A stretch of 64,000 nt of DNA from Octopus sinensis (lineage: Eukaryota): NCBI RefSeq assembly GCF_006345805.1, contig NC_043019.1:9485360-9549359 (forward strand), read 5' to 3'. The first letter of the stretch is position 1, and each line of letters opens with the position of its first letter. The notes below the pieces were generated by a model that did not search any database, was not told the origin of the DNA, and saw only the letters and a list, made by a program, of their open reading frames with translations. Below are positions 12,326 through 24,804 of this stretch, piece by piece. The position numbers were made by a program, and so were the translations under genes.

Positions 12326-13299
12326 GTATGACACACGTGCGCGCGTGTGAGCTGTGGATGTGTTGAGAAAGAAGTGGAAGCATCAGAAAATATTCTAAGG
12401 AGAGGTTGATTAAACTGATAAACAGACGAGACATTGAGAGTTTACTTGCTGGACAAGAGTGATTGTAGCGATTTACAATAATGATATCATTAAATTCAAT
12501 TTTGTTTATTTATGATCTCAATCATATTTTGATGTGTGTGTGGGTGGGTGGGGTGTATATGTTTATTAAATCGACACCATTGCTTGATTAGTACGTTAGT
12601 CTATCAACTTCAGAAAGATGGATGACTAAGTCGAATTTGTATTTTGGTGGATTCTACCCGTTTCACAACAAACCAGCATGCACCGTTCCATATCACAAGG
12701 AGCTAACGAGGGGACCATTACGATGTCACACAAATTGTTAAAAATAGCAGTTACATCTCCCTCAATTCACAGCAGAGTACCTATACATTGCAAAGACCTC
12801 AAAGGAAGTGCTTTTGGTCATCATTCTCCACAACTTGATAACAGATAACAATCACAACGCATTCTCACAACATACTATACTCCCACTACCCCGTCCCTCT
12901 ATCTCCATCTCACAACGCATCAATACACACCACGTCCCTACCTCCCAACATACATCACCCCCACCCCCAGCTCGCTGCACATCGTCATACGCTCTCACAA
13001 TAGTTTTGCTTACGACGACGACCCGGCCATGTTTTCAAGAGGAAACCTGAAGACATCGACAAGAACACCATCGTGGCATAAACTGAGACTTTTTAATATT
13101 TCACCGGAATAAAAAGACATGTAATGAGTCCACCAGTTGAAGAGTTCTGCTTCAATATGCTGTACTCTTTCCTTTTCTTCCCTTCTTTATTTTTGTCGCC
13201 TACGAGGCGGCAGATGGCGGGTTTCGCTGTCGACTAACAACTCGCTCTGTCTACTTTCTGCTCTCGAAGAACTTAACAGCTTAGCATCAAGATGGATTC

Positions 13300-13348
13300 A
13301 CACACACACACACACACACGTGCACGCACACACACACACACACATACA

Positions 13349-13388
<40 letters not shown>

Positions 13389-13645
13389 CACACACACACA
13401 CACACACTGATATGTATGCGCGCGTGTGTCTCGCTCTTTCTGAGACAAACACAGACATATAAGAATTTACACATACAGACAAACACGCACGCGCACCCAG
13501 ACACACACACATAGCTGTACTGATGGCTAATTCTTTCCCCCTCTCTCTCTCTCTCTCTCTCTCTCTCAGTCACACGCATACACATAATAAACCAGAAGCA
13601 TACACACACGCATACGCACACACGCACATACAGACATGCATACAT
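13300..13645. repeat. Compound (CA)n/(CT)n microsatellite
   Basis: Directly visible. Confidence 0.95.
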
Positions 13646-13894
13646 ATATAGTCACCTAAGCAAGAGGCACGCATGCGCGCCGCCGCCGCCGCCGCCGTCA
13701 CAGATCATCATTATAATGAGCGCCGAAGACACAAAAGCCGAGCGTCTTCTATACTGTTATTACAAGTTAATTATTGGTTTCGAAGGGTTGAGAAAGCGGA
13801 AGAAGGGAGGGAGAGGAGGAGGAGGAGGTGGTTTAATAGTGGTAGAAAGATGGCGACGGCGGTGGTGGCGGTTGGTGTACTTTTCGTCGTAGTT

Positions 13895-14055
13895 TAGTCT
13901 CACATCAATCTTAATCGTGCAGACATACGATCAAAGGTATTTCCACCCATGACTATCCTGTCTTTATTCCTTTATTCAATAAACTAGGGAATTCTTTATC
14001 CAAGATGGATTTTCTTAAGACGAGAGGAATTTGGCTGCTATTTCTAGCAACCCGC
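13895..14055 (-). mobile_element. Repeat family D copy
   Basis: gatcaaaggtatttccacccatgactatcc...gaatttggctgctatttctagc is the reverse complement of the family D core. Confidence 0.6.
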
Positions 14056-14089
14056 TCGACTATATAAAAGAGCGTCGCTTGTTGTTTCA

Positions 14090-14365
14090 TAGGAGAGTGG
14101 TGGTGGGAGGAGGAGACAGGGAGATGTGTATAGATTGATTGACAGATAGGTGTGGGTGGAGGGAGAAAAAGAGAAGGGGGTGCAGAGAGAGAAACAGTTG
14201 AAGGATGAGATAAGGTGGGGGAAGGAGAAACAAAGTGAAGGAGTAAGGGGGGTAAAGGGTGCTGAGAGGGAGAGACGAAGTGAGGGAGGAAGAGTAAAAT
14301 AAAAAAAGGAATAAAAAAAAAGCAGATGGAAAGGAAAGGAAATGAGAGGGAAAATAGAAAGTCAT

Positions 14366-14411
<46 letters not shown>

Positions 14412-15070
14412 GGAAAGAGTAAAATGGAGACGGTTTAGAGAGAAGAAAGAAAGGTGCGGGGAGAAGGAAGAGGAGACAATTAGATTGAGAGAAGGAAAGA
14501 GAGAAAATATGGAAAAGTAAACAAACGAGGGAAGCCATGATTTATAAGTGATAAAAAAGTACAAAACGATGAGAGAGAGAGAGAGGGAGAGAGAGAGGAA
14601 GAGATAGAAAGACGATGAGAGAGAGAGAGGAAGAGATAGAAAGAAGTGACACGAATTCGTAGGAATAATTAACAAAAATACAACCTTTCCCCCCCCACCT
14701 CTCTCTTTTTCTCTGCATGTGTGTGTGTGTGTGTGTTTCACATGTAATCAGTGTTAATTAGAAATAGACATTGTGAATGGCTGAATGGTGCAGGCTTGGG
14801 CAGGACACTTTGCTGGTCTGAAGTATTTTAGTTGAAAGCGGGACAGATATATTGAGATATACGTGAAGGTAGACAGACAGACAGACAGATAGACAAAGAG
14901 AGAGAGAGGGAGAGGGAGAGAGAGAATAGAATGATGAAAGAAGCAGAAAATGAGAAAAACGAAAATTTCAGACAAAGAGACGAAGAGCAAAGGGGTGGGG
15001 GTGGGGGTAGAAAAGAAGGGAGAAAAGAAATGTAAGAGAAGAGAAAGAAGAAGACGAGGATCTGAAGAGA
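14090..15070. repeat. Polypurine (GA/GGA/GACA)-rich low-complexity tracts
   Basis: Directly visible; source of spurious ORF 13953-14741. Confidence 0.9.
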
Positions 15071-15187
15071 AGAATAAATCGGTTGTAAAATGGTGAGTTT
15101 AACGACAATAACATCACACACACACACACACACGCGCGCGCATGTGTATAAGTATATGCGTGTGTGCAGTCGGGATAAATATCGGTT

Positions 15188-15385
15188 TCAAACTTTAGCA
15201 CAAGGCCAGCAATTCCGGGGTTAAGTGGGTAAAGTCGATTACATCAATCCCAGTGTTCAGCTGGAACTTATTTTATCGACCCTGAAAGTATGAAAGGCAA
15301 AGTCCACCTCGGCGGAATTTGAACTCAGAACGCAAAGACGGATGAAATGCCGCTAAGCATTTTGCGCAGCGAAGTAACGATATAG
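15188..15385 (-). mobile_element. SINE family A (duplicated at about 16235-16430)
   Basis: gtcgattacatcaatcccagtg...tatcgaccctgaaagtatgaaaggcaaagtccacctcggcggaatttgaactcagaacg. Confidence 0.85.
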
Positions 15386-15560
15386 ATCGATAGATAGATC
15401 GATAGATTGATTGATTGATTGATTCTGGAGTGTAAGAACGCTACTCTTTTCTCCGTATACATTTGTACATACAAATATTTGAGTATGTTCCCACGCGTGT
15501 ATGTATGTCTGTGTGTATATGGGAGACTTTGAAAAGCAAAGTATATTTTGTATGAATCTA

Positions 15561-15672
15561 TTATTTGCATCGATGGATATTGATCCTCATCTTGTTCGTT
15601 GTTAACCCAGCCTTCATCAGGTGTCTTGGGGAAATTTCGAACCTGGGTTCTCATTCCTAAGGTATTTTTCGA

Positions 15673-15713
<41 letters not shown>

Positions 15714-15733
15714 TCACTGCCTGGAATCGACCT
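15561..15733 (-). mobile_element. SINE family E (hammerhead-type) copy, 5'-truncated with internal deletion; duplicated at 16608-16780
   Basis: Reverse complement aligns with 18319-18515 but lacks the aagggtatatcagccgaaacattgt segment. Confidence 0.8.
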
Positions 15734-16721
15734 CGTCAGATGTAAATAATGTCCCTAATTCCTCATCTCTTAAATATAGAACTGTATTGTATGAGTTAGT
15801 ATAAATTTCGCCTCCCTGCGAGAATTAAAACTATCTTCCTGGTTAACGGTCCGACTTCTGTCCGCAGAGCGATTAATACAAACGCGGATAGAACAAAACT
15901 GGTGAAACTTACAGAGCAATGCATTTACTGCCAAAATGGATTAATGAATAAACACGAAAGAACAAATCATTTTGAATCGAAAAGTAAAACTAACAAGACT
16001 TTTGTAACTGTTTTTGACCAGAAGCATGTCTTCAGCTGCTCGATATCCAAGATCGAACCTGGCTTCCGACGAGAATCATTTTATTACGCAGCTGAAACTG
16101 CTTTCATTTCTACCAAATAAGACTAAAACTACAACGGTTTAAATTAACTCCCCGGTAATAGCCACACACACAACACACACGCGCGCGCATGTGTATAAGT
16201 ATATGCGTGTGTGCAGTCGGGATAAATATCGGTTTCAAACTTTAGCACAAGGCCAGCAATTCCGGGGTTAAGTGGGTAAAGTCGATTACATCAATCCCAG
16301 TGTTCAGCTGGAACTTATTTTATCGACCCTGAAAGTATGAAAGGCAAAGTCCACCTCGGCGGAATTTGAACTCAGAACGCAAAGACGGATGAAATGCCGC
16401 TAAGCATTTTGCGCAGCGAAGTAACGATATAGATCGATAGATAGATCGATAGATTGATTGATTGATTGATTCTGGAGTGTAAGAACGCTACTCTTTTCTC
16501 CGTATACATTTGTACATACAAATATTTGAGTATGTTCCCACGCGTGTATGTATGTCTGTGTGTATATGGGAGACTTTGAAAAGCAAAGTATATTTTGTAT
16601 GAATTCTATTATTTGCATTCGATGGATATTGATCCTCATCTTGTTCGTTGTTAACCCAGCCTTCATCAGGTGTCTTGGGGAAATTTCGAACCTGGGTTCT
16701 CATTCCTAAGGTATTTTTCGA

Positions 16722-16759
<38 letters not shown>

Positions 16760-17387
16760 TCACTGCCTGGAATCGACCTCGTCAGATGTAAATAATGTCC
16801 CTAATTCCTCATCTCTTAAATATAGAACTGTATTGTATGAGTTAGTATAAATTTCGCCTCCCTGCGAGAATTAAAACTATCTTCCTGGTTAACGGTCCGA
16901 CTTCTGTCCGCAGAGCGATTAATACAAACGCGGATAGAACAAAACTGGTGAAACTTACAGAGCAATGCATTTACTGCCAAAATGGATTAATGAATAAACA
17001 CGAAAGAACAAATCATTTTGAATCGAAAAGTAAAACTAACAAGACTTTTGTAACTGTTTTTGACCAGAAGCATGTCTTCAGCTGCTCGATATCCAAGATC
17101 GAACCTGGCTTCCGACGAGAATCATTTTATTACGCAGCTGAAACTGCTTTCATTTCTACCAAATAAGACTAAAACTACAACGGTTTAAATTAACTTCCCC
17201 GGTAATAGCCACACACACACACACACACACCATATATACGTGTGTGTGTGTGTGCGTGTGTTTGTCGGTAGACAGAGTGATATATACGCACCTTATGACA
17301 CACACCTAAACTCTTCAACTTTCTACACTAAAGACTCCTCCCATTTGTACAAGTCACCTCAACCTCTCTCATCTCCCTTACCACACC

Positions 17388-17607
17388 TCACACCCACCCC
17401 ACCCCCATCCACACCCCACCCACCCCCATCCACACCCCACCCCATCCCACCCCACACCCATCCACACCCCACCCCCCCCATCCACACCCCACACCATCCA
17501 CACCCCACACCCATCCACACCCCACCACCCCATCCACACCCCACACCCATCCACACCCCACCCCCATCAACACCACACCCCCATCCACACCACACCCCCA
17601 TCCACAC
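17388..17607. repeat. C-rich minisatellite (about cacccccatccacaccc units); G-rich on minus strand
   Basis: Directly visible degenerate tandem units. Confidence 0.9.
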
Positions 17608-18269
17608 ATTCGACAACTTAAACAGAAAAGCATGAACAACAAATGACCAGCCATTCAGTAACTCTGTCGAAATGCAAATCCCTGGCAAGCTCTTCCATAA
17701 ATTGTTTCCCCGCCGCCGCCGCCACCACCACCACTCTGGTCAACTCATGACCACAAGTGTCATGTAGGCATGCGTGACGCTTGTCCAACGAAATGTGACG
17801 AAAATGCTGAGTTGCTTGGCAAAAAGCTGCGAATCACGTGACAGCCTGCGGCACAAGTCCAGTGGAGCGTGACGCAGCCCTTCACTCACCTATTATTTTA
17901 ATCAACTCACCGTATCAAACGAATTACTTTCTCTACACATATCAACGACTAATGGTAGTAGCAGTAGCAGCAGTAGTAGCAGTGGTAAATTTCTACTAAT
18001 GCATAGTGTTTGTACGCTTTCTTCCGTTTCTTTCTACTGATTCCATTATCGCTATTTACTTCTCACTGAAATGGGTTTTACACTTTGCCGAAGTAAACCC
18101 GCAGCCATCAGCATTTCTTTCCAGCTTTTTCTCTCAATTTTGCTTCTGTACAAACCACAACATCTCGGGTCCTTGCGGTTAGTTTGTTTCAGGATCGATG
18201 AAGTTAAGAGCCAGTCTAGTAGTTTGTTGATGTTATCGACTAATGCAGTCCCTTCAAAATTTACGTGGA

Positions 18270-18523
18270 CATAGGGCGTAGTGGTTAAGAGCGCTGGCTA
18301 CTAATCCCAATATTCCAAGTTCAATTCCAGGCAGTGACCTGAATAATAATAATGATGATAATAGTAATAATAACAACAACATCGAAAAATACCTTAAGAA
18401 TGAGAATCCATGTTCGAAATTTCCTCAAGACACCTGATGAAGGCTGAAGGGTATATCAGCCGAAACATTGTGTTAACAACAAGATGAGAAGAAATATCCG
18501 CCAAATGTAAATAATGTAAATAA
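18270..18523 (+). mobile_element. tRNA-headed SINE family E with minimal hammerhead-ribozyme-like 3' module
   Basis: A-box-like gtagtggttaagagc, B-box gttcaattcc, (AAT/AAC)n linker, then gacac-CTGATGA-a-ggctga/tcagcc-GAAAC-att-gtgtt, and a tgtaaataa x2 tail. Confidence 0.75.
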
Positions 18524-18612
18524 TGAAAATAAGTACCAGTTGAACAATGGGATCGATGTAATTGATTCATCCCCTCCCCCAAGATGGCTGTCCCTGTGGC
18601 AAAAATTGGAAC

Positions 18613-18659
<47 letters not shown>

Positions 18660-21149
18660 TTGACCACGTTTTGAGTCTTTATGTTCCAGTCCGAGAAGCG
18701 ACAGAGAATCAATCTACCTCGTCAGAGAAATCATAAGATATGGGTTGAATTTAAGTCGTAAATATGTGGAACTGCATTCGGTATAAAATGGCGAGCAATG
18801 ATTTGGAGAAATTCGTGACTCAGGAAAGATATCAATTTATCAAAACGTTCTCTGCTGCTTTCGTACAATTGGCGCCTAAAAGTGTTAGATTTATCATGCG
18901 AGGGAAACCTGCCAGCATCTTCTGCTACGTCCATGTCACGTAACATGCGAAGCTGGTAAAATCTCATCTTTTATCGGATACATTTTAGCACACAATAAAA
19001 GTTCAACATCGAATTCAAATCAAAATAAAACTTAAAACTCTTATCCGGATGGGTCTTACGTAAATCATTAAACACCAAACATGGAACATAGCTATTTGGA
19101 CGAGATGTGCCGTCTGTTCCCGAAAAGGTGCCTCGGAAGTGAATGGTTTATCACAAATATCCCATTTCACGAAACAATTGAAACAACTCCGTTCGAAAAT
19201 TATTTCCCCTGAGAAACAACGTTTCTCTTTTATATTAATGATTTTAATCCATTGTAATGTGGTGGTGGTGGGGGGGACAACAGCTGGAAGTGTAATATAA
19301 TTGTAATGAGCAATTAACAGACTTTACAGTCATACATAAAACAACTGAGCCGTGAAAGTCTTTTAATTTTAGAATGAAAATATGAGAGAAGAGAGAAGAG
19401 AGAGTGGAGGGGAATAGTTAGGGCAAAGTCAAATCGCTTTGTAATTCTTTGTTCATATAAACTCTGCTTATGTATCACCTGTGGATGCTAGTGTGCACAC
19501 ACACACATACACACACACGCACACGCGCACATACACACACACACACTCACACATACACACACATACACACGCGCGCGCGCGCGTACATACACACAAACCA
19601 TCGGTCTACGCCCATGTGAGTGTGTGTGTACATATATATATATGTATATATATATATATTATATATATATATATATATATACATACATACATACGTAAAG
19701 AGAGAGAGAAAAAGATTGGACTGGAACATAAAGGACTCAAAACGTGGTCAAATATAATAATAATAATAGATTGTCCAAGCAAGTGGAGGAAAAGAAGAAA
19801 TGAAGGTGACATTGCGCAGAGAATAAATCAGAATTAATTAAAATTGAATTATATTTTAAAATAGAGAAATACACTCTACCGGTTTCACATTAGATTTTCA
19901 AAAGTGTTTACTAATATGTCACGAATTAAGTCTATTCTCGCCGTTGCTATGGAAACAGTTTATTTTTAAAGTAGGATTGTGGCTCTCTCGATATCTAGCT
20001 CAGTATTTCATATACATACATACATATATATGTGTGTGTGTGTGTAGCAAATGAAAGACAGAAGATGGGATATATGAGAATTTATTATTAATCCCGACAA
20101 TTGTTTCGACACATCTAACATGGATTCCTCTTGGGTGGGACACCCAACAACTGGTTCATACAGCAGCATAAAAGCTGGAATCTCATATTTGTGAAGCGAA
20201 CTTTATCCTACCTCAGGGAATCGTATCCATATCTTTTAGCGTAGCCTCCAGTCATTCTGAAGACTCTCTGTCAAATTAATTGGACAGCTAACTCGTTAAT
20301 GAGTTCTGACTAATCTAGTTGCTTTGCTGTTGTTTCGTTGCGTGTCGGCTTTGATGAACCAAACATACGATCAAAGATTATCCACTCAACACCATTCTAT
20401 CTTCTTATCAAAAATAGTTTGTGACGAAAATATGTTTTCATTCTCCTCCCCTTTTATAAGGCAGCAATAATTAAAATGTATAAAATGTTTACAGTGTTTC
20501 AGGAATTCCTCCAAAGATATTAAACAGGCGGTTTTGAGATACAGAATATTGTATTGAAAGAAAAACCACCTTATTTTGTCAAAACAACAATAACAGAATC
20601 AAAAGGAAAAAATGATAATCCAGTGGTGTTATCCAGTTTTCAACGTAGCCAGGATGTATTTCCCACATTAATCGCGAATACTCCAAGCTTTCCCACATGA
20701 ATAACCTAAAGGTTAACTATAGCTGCATGCTCAACGGTGGCAAACTGATCAATTCTAAATGAATTGACTCTTTTTCAATAGATTACTCAGAGCATCGAGG
20801 GAGGTGGAAGGAAAGTGGGAGATACCAGCATGCGTGAGTTCCTACCGCAGAAATCAATAAAGATATTCCGCTCTCGTTAGAAGCGGAGGCCTAATCATAA
20901 CGCTTAGAGCACAAGGAAGTCCGACTAGGATCAGGCAGTCATATTAAGTGTAAGTGTCCACATATATAGATTACAGATTAAGTGTACGCGCCCACAAATC
21001 ATCTGGATGTTGCTGTAACAACACTACATCCATAGCAAGCGTCTCTCGATGGTATTAACCACTACCCAATTGCCTTAATCCTGGGAAGGATCGAGTTGGG
21101 GTGGGGGAATATTGACCCTTGTATTCAGAATAAAACAGAGAGGACAGAA

Positions 21150-21320
21150 ATTCAGGCAGGCACAGACAAATCTAGCGAGATTGAAGGTGTTACAGCCCCA
21201 ATCATCCCGTCTTTTATTCGAGTGTTTTATGCACATACTATTATCCACTGCCCTTCCTTTTGTTAGACATTAGTATATAATTTGACGGACAGTTAAATGC
21301 TATTTCTAGCTGGTCGAGGG
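21150..21320 (-). mobile_element. Repeat family D copy
   Basis: catcccgtctttt...atgctatttctagctggtcgag. Confidence 0.5.
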
Positions 21321-21497
21321 ACCACGTAAAGACTCCTCTGTTGGTTTGTGGCATAAGTGTAGTGAGGTGACAAGCAGAACAATAACAACATCAACGATAA
21401 CAACAGCATCATCTCCACCACAACTACCGCACCTTCAAGGGTGGCCTCTGTACACGGTCGCTCGACCGAAGCGAAATAGAAGCCAAAATCATACATA

Positions 21498-21846
21498 GGC
21501 GCAGGAGTAGCTGTGTGGTAAGAAGCTTGCTTCCCAGCCACGTGGTTCCGAGTTCGGTCCCACTGATGGCGCCTTGGCCAATTATCTTCTACCATAGCCT
21601 CAGGCCCACCAAAGAAGCCCGTCATATATATATGTATATATTTGCGTGTGTGTCCGTGTTTGTCCCTCCCCCACCGTCACTTGACAACCGATGTTGGTGT
21701 GTTTACGTCCCCGTAACTTCAGCAAAATAGACCGATAGGATAAGTACTAAGCTTACAAAGAATAAGTCCTGTGGTCGATTTGTTCGACTAAAGGCGGTGC
21801 TCCAGCATGGCCGTGGTCAAATGACTAAAATAAATAAAAGAATAAT
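21498..21846 (+). mobile_element. tRNA-derived SINE family B (octopus OK-like naming uncertain), near full length
   Basis: Head ggcgcaggagtagctgtgtggtaagaagcttgcttccc...ggttccgagttcggtccc, central microsatellite, tail gtcgatttgttcgactaaaggcggtgctccagcatggccg. Confidence 0.85.
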
Positions 21847-22372
21847 TCACACACACACAACCGTCTTTTAAAAAATAGAACACATTAGACAACGGTAAAG
21901 ATCTGGAGGGTCATGGCTAGAATGTCGTTGATTGTAGATCTGCTCAACCAATATTGACCTTCGGTTACAACATTATTTAATTACAACAAAATAAGTAATT
22001 AACAGCACGGTTTACCTGTCTTTTTTATGGGTTTTTTTGCTTCCTAATTGTAGTTGTCTCATTAATCGACCTCATCCTGAAAGGTAGCCATGTTAAGTAA
22101 CAACAACAAAAAATTGCATCCAAACACACGGATTTCTTTGATCAATCAAATTCTCATTTCCCCAATTCTCTCCACATCGAAGTGTTTTCTTATTCTTACC
22201 AAAACGGAACCAACAACTCATTGCATTTTAGAGTGGAAGTGGCTGACGATATTCCACAGACGTGTCTCGTTAACGTATCATTAATGTGCCATTGACCGTG
22301 ATTCCTAAGACAAGCATCGGCGGAAGATGGGCGACGACAAAGCTGCTGCATGCGAGAAAGAGAGGAGTGAGT

Positions 22373-22430
<58 letters not shown>

Positions 22431-22599
22431 TCATACACGGCTTAATGGTTACGTTGATTGGCTCAAGATCATATTGTCGTGGGTTCGATTCCATAAGATA
22501 TGAAATAGAGTGAAGTGGAGGAATGAAAGTAGACGTGGGATATGCAGATGACCAACGTTGGACTCCTCATTCGCATAATCACCGAACCTGGAGCTTTAC

Positions 22600-23280
22600 T
22601 ATAGTCTGTCCATAGCACTTGAACAGCATTACCTGACACTTTTGGGTCTTCTTGACACCATTACCTCTCTCTCTGCATGTGTGTGTAGCGGTTAATGTTA
22701 TGCTTTGGGTTGGTATGTTGTAGCCGTCTGCCAAATGTAGCGTGTAGATGTAACGCTTCAAGGTTCTCGGATTACCAGTAAACATCGGAGAATCAACACC
22801 AAGAAGGAAGAAATAATTACATATGTTTATTCGTTTGCCCGACAGTTTGTTACAGAGACAGTAGCAATTCTAGTGATAGCCACTTCAGGGTTCGCTCGCT
22901 GGTTAGTAGTTGATAGTGTAGAAAAAGGTTGTCTGCAGTAGAGAGTGAAAGAGTAAGGAATGCACGGTGCTGACTAGAAAGGAAGAAAGGCCGAGGAAAG
23001 GGCTGCTAGTGATCATGACTGACGTAGAAGAACGTGTTGCTCCTTGGTCTGACTGATGCAAAAGAGGAAAAGATAGGAAATTCTCTCTGTTATATAGACT
23101 ATGGTCAGTAATGGAGGTCAAACGCTAAACAAAGGACTGACCTTTCCTTGACCAGCACAAGTTCTAAGGAGTCGAGTGCTTCCTCATCACTCATCTGGCT
23201 TGAAGAGGATTTCCCGCTTGTTTTGATAAGCAACAAGCGGGTGAATTTGATTTCGAATCTCAGGCAGGGTAAAGCTAGAT
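22600..23280 (-). pseudogene. Probable decayed LINE (APE endonuclease region) relic
   Basis: Higher-complexity, frameshifted coding-like segment with resemblance to the LDLFLT.NP / GxSDH region; alignment not certain. Confidence 0.3.
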
Positions 23281-23297
23281 CCCTACATATATATATG

Positions 23298-23329
<32 letters not shown>

Positions 23330-24296
23330 TGTATGTATGTATGTATGTATGTATGTATGTATGTATGTATGTATGTATGTGCAGATAAAAATAACCCAGG
23401 AGAACAAGAGAAGTCAATTAAACTGTAAATATATTATATTGGTGCTCAGGGAAAGTTTTCGATGCAAAAATAGTCGAAATGACTTTTCGAGTATGGCGCT
23501 TCATCGGAAAGAGGGAAAAGTCCAGAGAGGAGGACAAGAAGGAAAGAGCACACACACACACACACACACACACTACATAACGTGACTTTATAAAAGCAGG
23601 CTAGTGCTGGCTTTTCTCTCGGCGATGTTCTTTCCAGTGTGACTATTGCACCCGTTTGTTATTCCGTGTCTTCTGTGATTGAAGTAACAAATACAGAAAT
23701 ATTGGATTTCATGGGGGCGTCTAAAGTACGAGTAATAAATGAATATGTTTTCGTGTTTGAGTATGAGTGTAATAATGCAAGTGTATATATAAAAGAAAAA
23801 AACAGAGATGCTTGTCTATTATGCTGCGTATAGAAAGGATTTGTTGATATGCGTATGTTTACATGTGTTGTGACAACAAACTCAACTTTTTGTACTTTTA
23901 GATGTAAACAAGTGTGTCTAATATTCTACGTCAAGTATAAAACCTATACACTTGCAAGTGTCAGTGTATATGTGAGTGTGTGATTAGATATAATCGATAT
24001 TGTTTACACACACAAACATACACACATGAAGACGGTTATGAGTTTTGAATACGAATATCGTTGAGAAAAATAGAATCCAACACTAATTTTAGACAAATAT
24101 TTATTGGATCAATCATAACGTTTTTTGGCGACTGGTTGTTTCAACTTGAGACCCAAGCGCAAACGATTACTTTAAATTTATATATTATATGTGTGTGTGT
24201 GTGTGTGTGTGTGAGGGTTGCATGTGCGCGCGCGTGTAAACACACATACACACACACTCACACGCACACACACACACACGCACACACACACATACG

Positions 24297-24343
<47 letters not shown>

Positions 24344-24728
24344 TCCTCCACTGCGAGGATATGTACTCTTCTTACTGGGCTGAAATCATCCCAGTTACAC
24401 TGGTTAATTACCCAATATCTTTACAAGTTTATAATTAAAATAGAATAATATAAAATTTGCATTAAGAATATTAGGAGTGAAACCTCATCCGGGCTAAATG
24501 ACATAAAAGGATTACACGTTGTTAGGTTGAGATTTTGAAACACTCTGAACCAACGGAGATATGTTTGTGTGTGTGTGTGTGTGTGTGTGTGAGTGTGTGT
24601 GTGGATGTGTGTGTGTGTGGATGTGTGTGTGTGTGTGTGGATGTTAAATAGATTTCATAAGAAAACAATAAAATAAAATACGAATAAAAATAAAATAACA
24701 AAACAAAATGTGAATAAGAATAAATAAA

Positions 24729-24804
24729 TATATAAAACAATATATAAAACAATATATAAAACAATATATAAAACAATATATAAAACAATATATAAAACAA
24801 TATA
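24729..24804. repeat. (TATATAAAACAA)6 minisatellite
   Basis: Six perfect 12-bp units. Confidence 0.95.

Larger units (their letters stand above)
15117..17210. repeat. Head-to-tail tandem duplication, unit about 1046-1047 bp
   Basis: Identical ORFs at 15902-16120 and 16948-17166; catgtgtataag at 15141 and 16188; both junctions lie in (CA)n. Confidence 0.95.

Noticed and set aside
12600-13100. Penelope GIY-YIG relic
   Set aside because: Part of the segment matches repeat family D instead; the ctgaaga motif lacks a paired stem and GAAA
13953-14741. Longest ORF (262 aa, F/S/L-rich, membrane-protein-like)
   Set aside because: Read-through of a GA-rich polypurine tract; no domain, no splice support
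18270-18335. True tRNA genes at SINE heads (also 21498, 22440, 40549, 57575)
   Set aside because: A/B boxes are present but there is no complete cloverleaf or acceptor stem, and each continues into a repeat body
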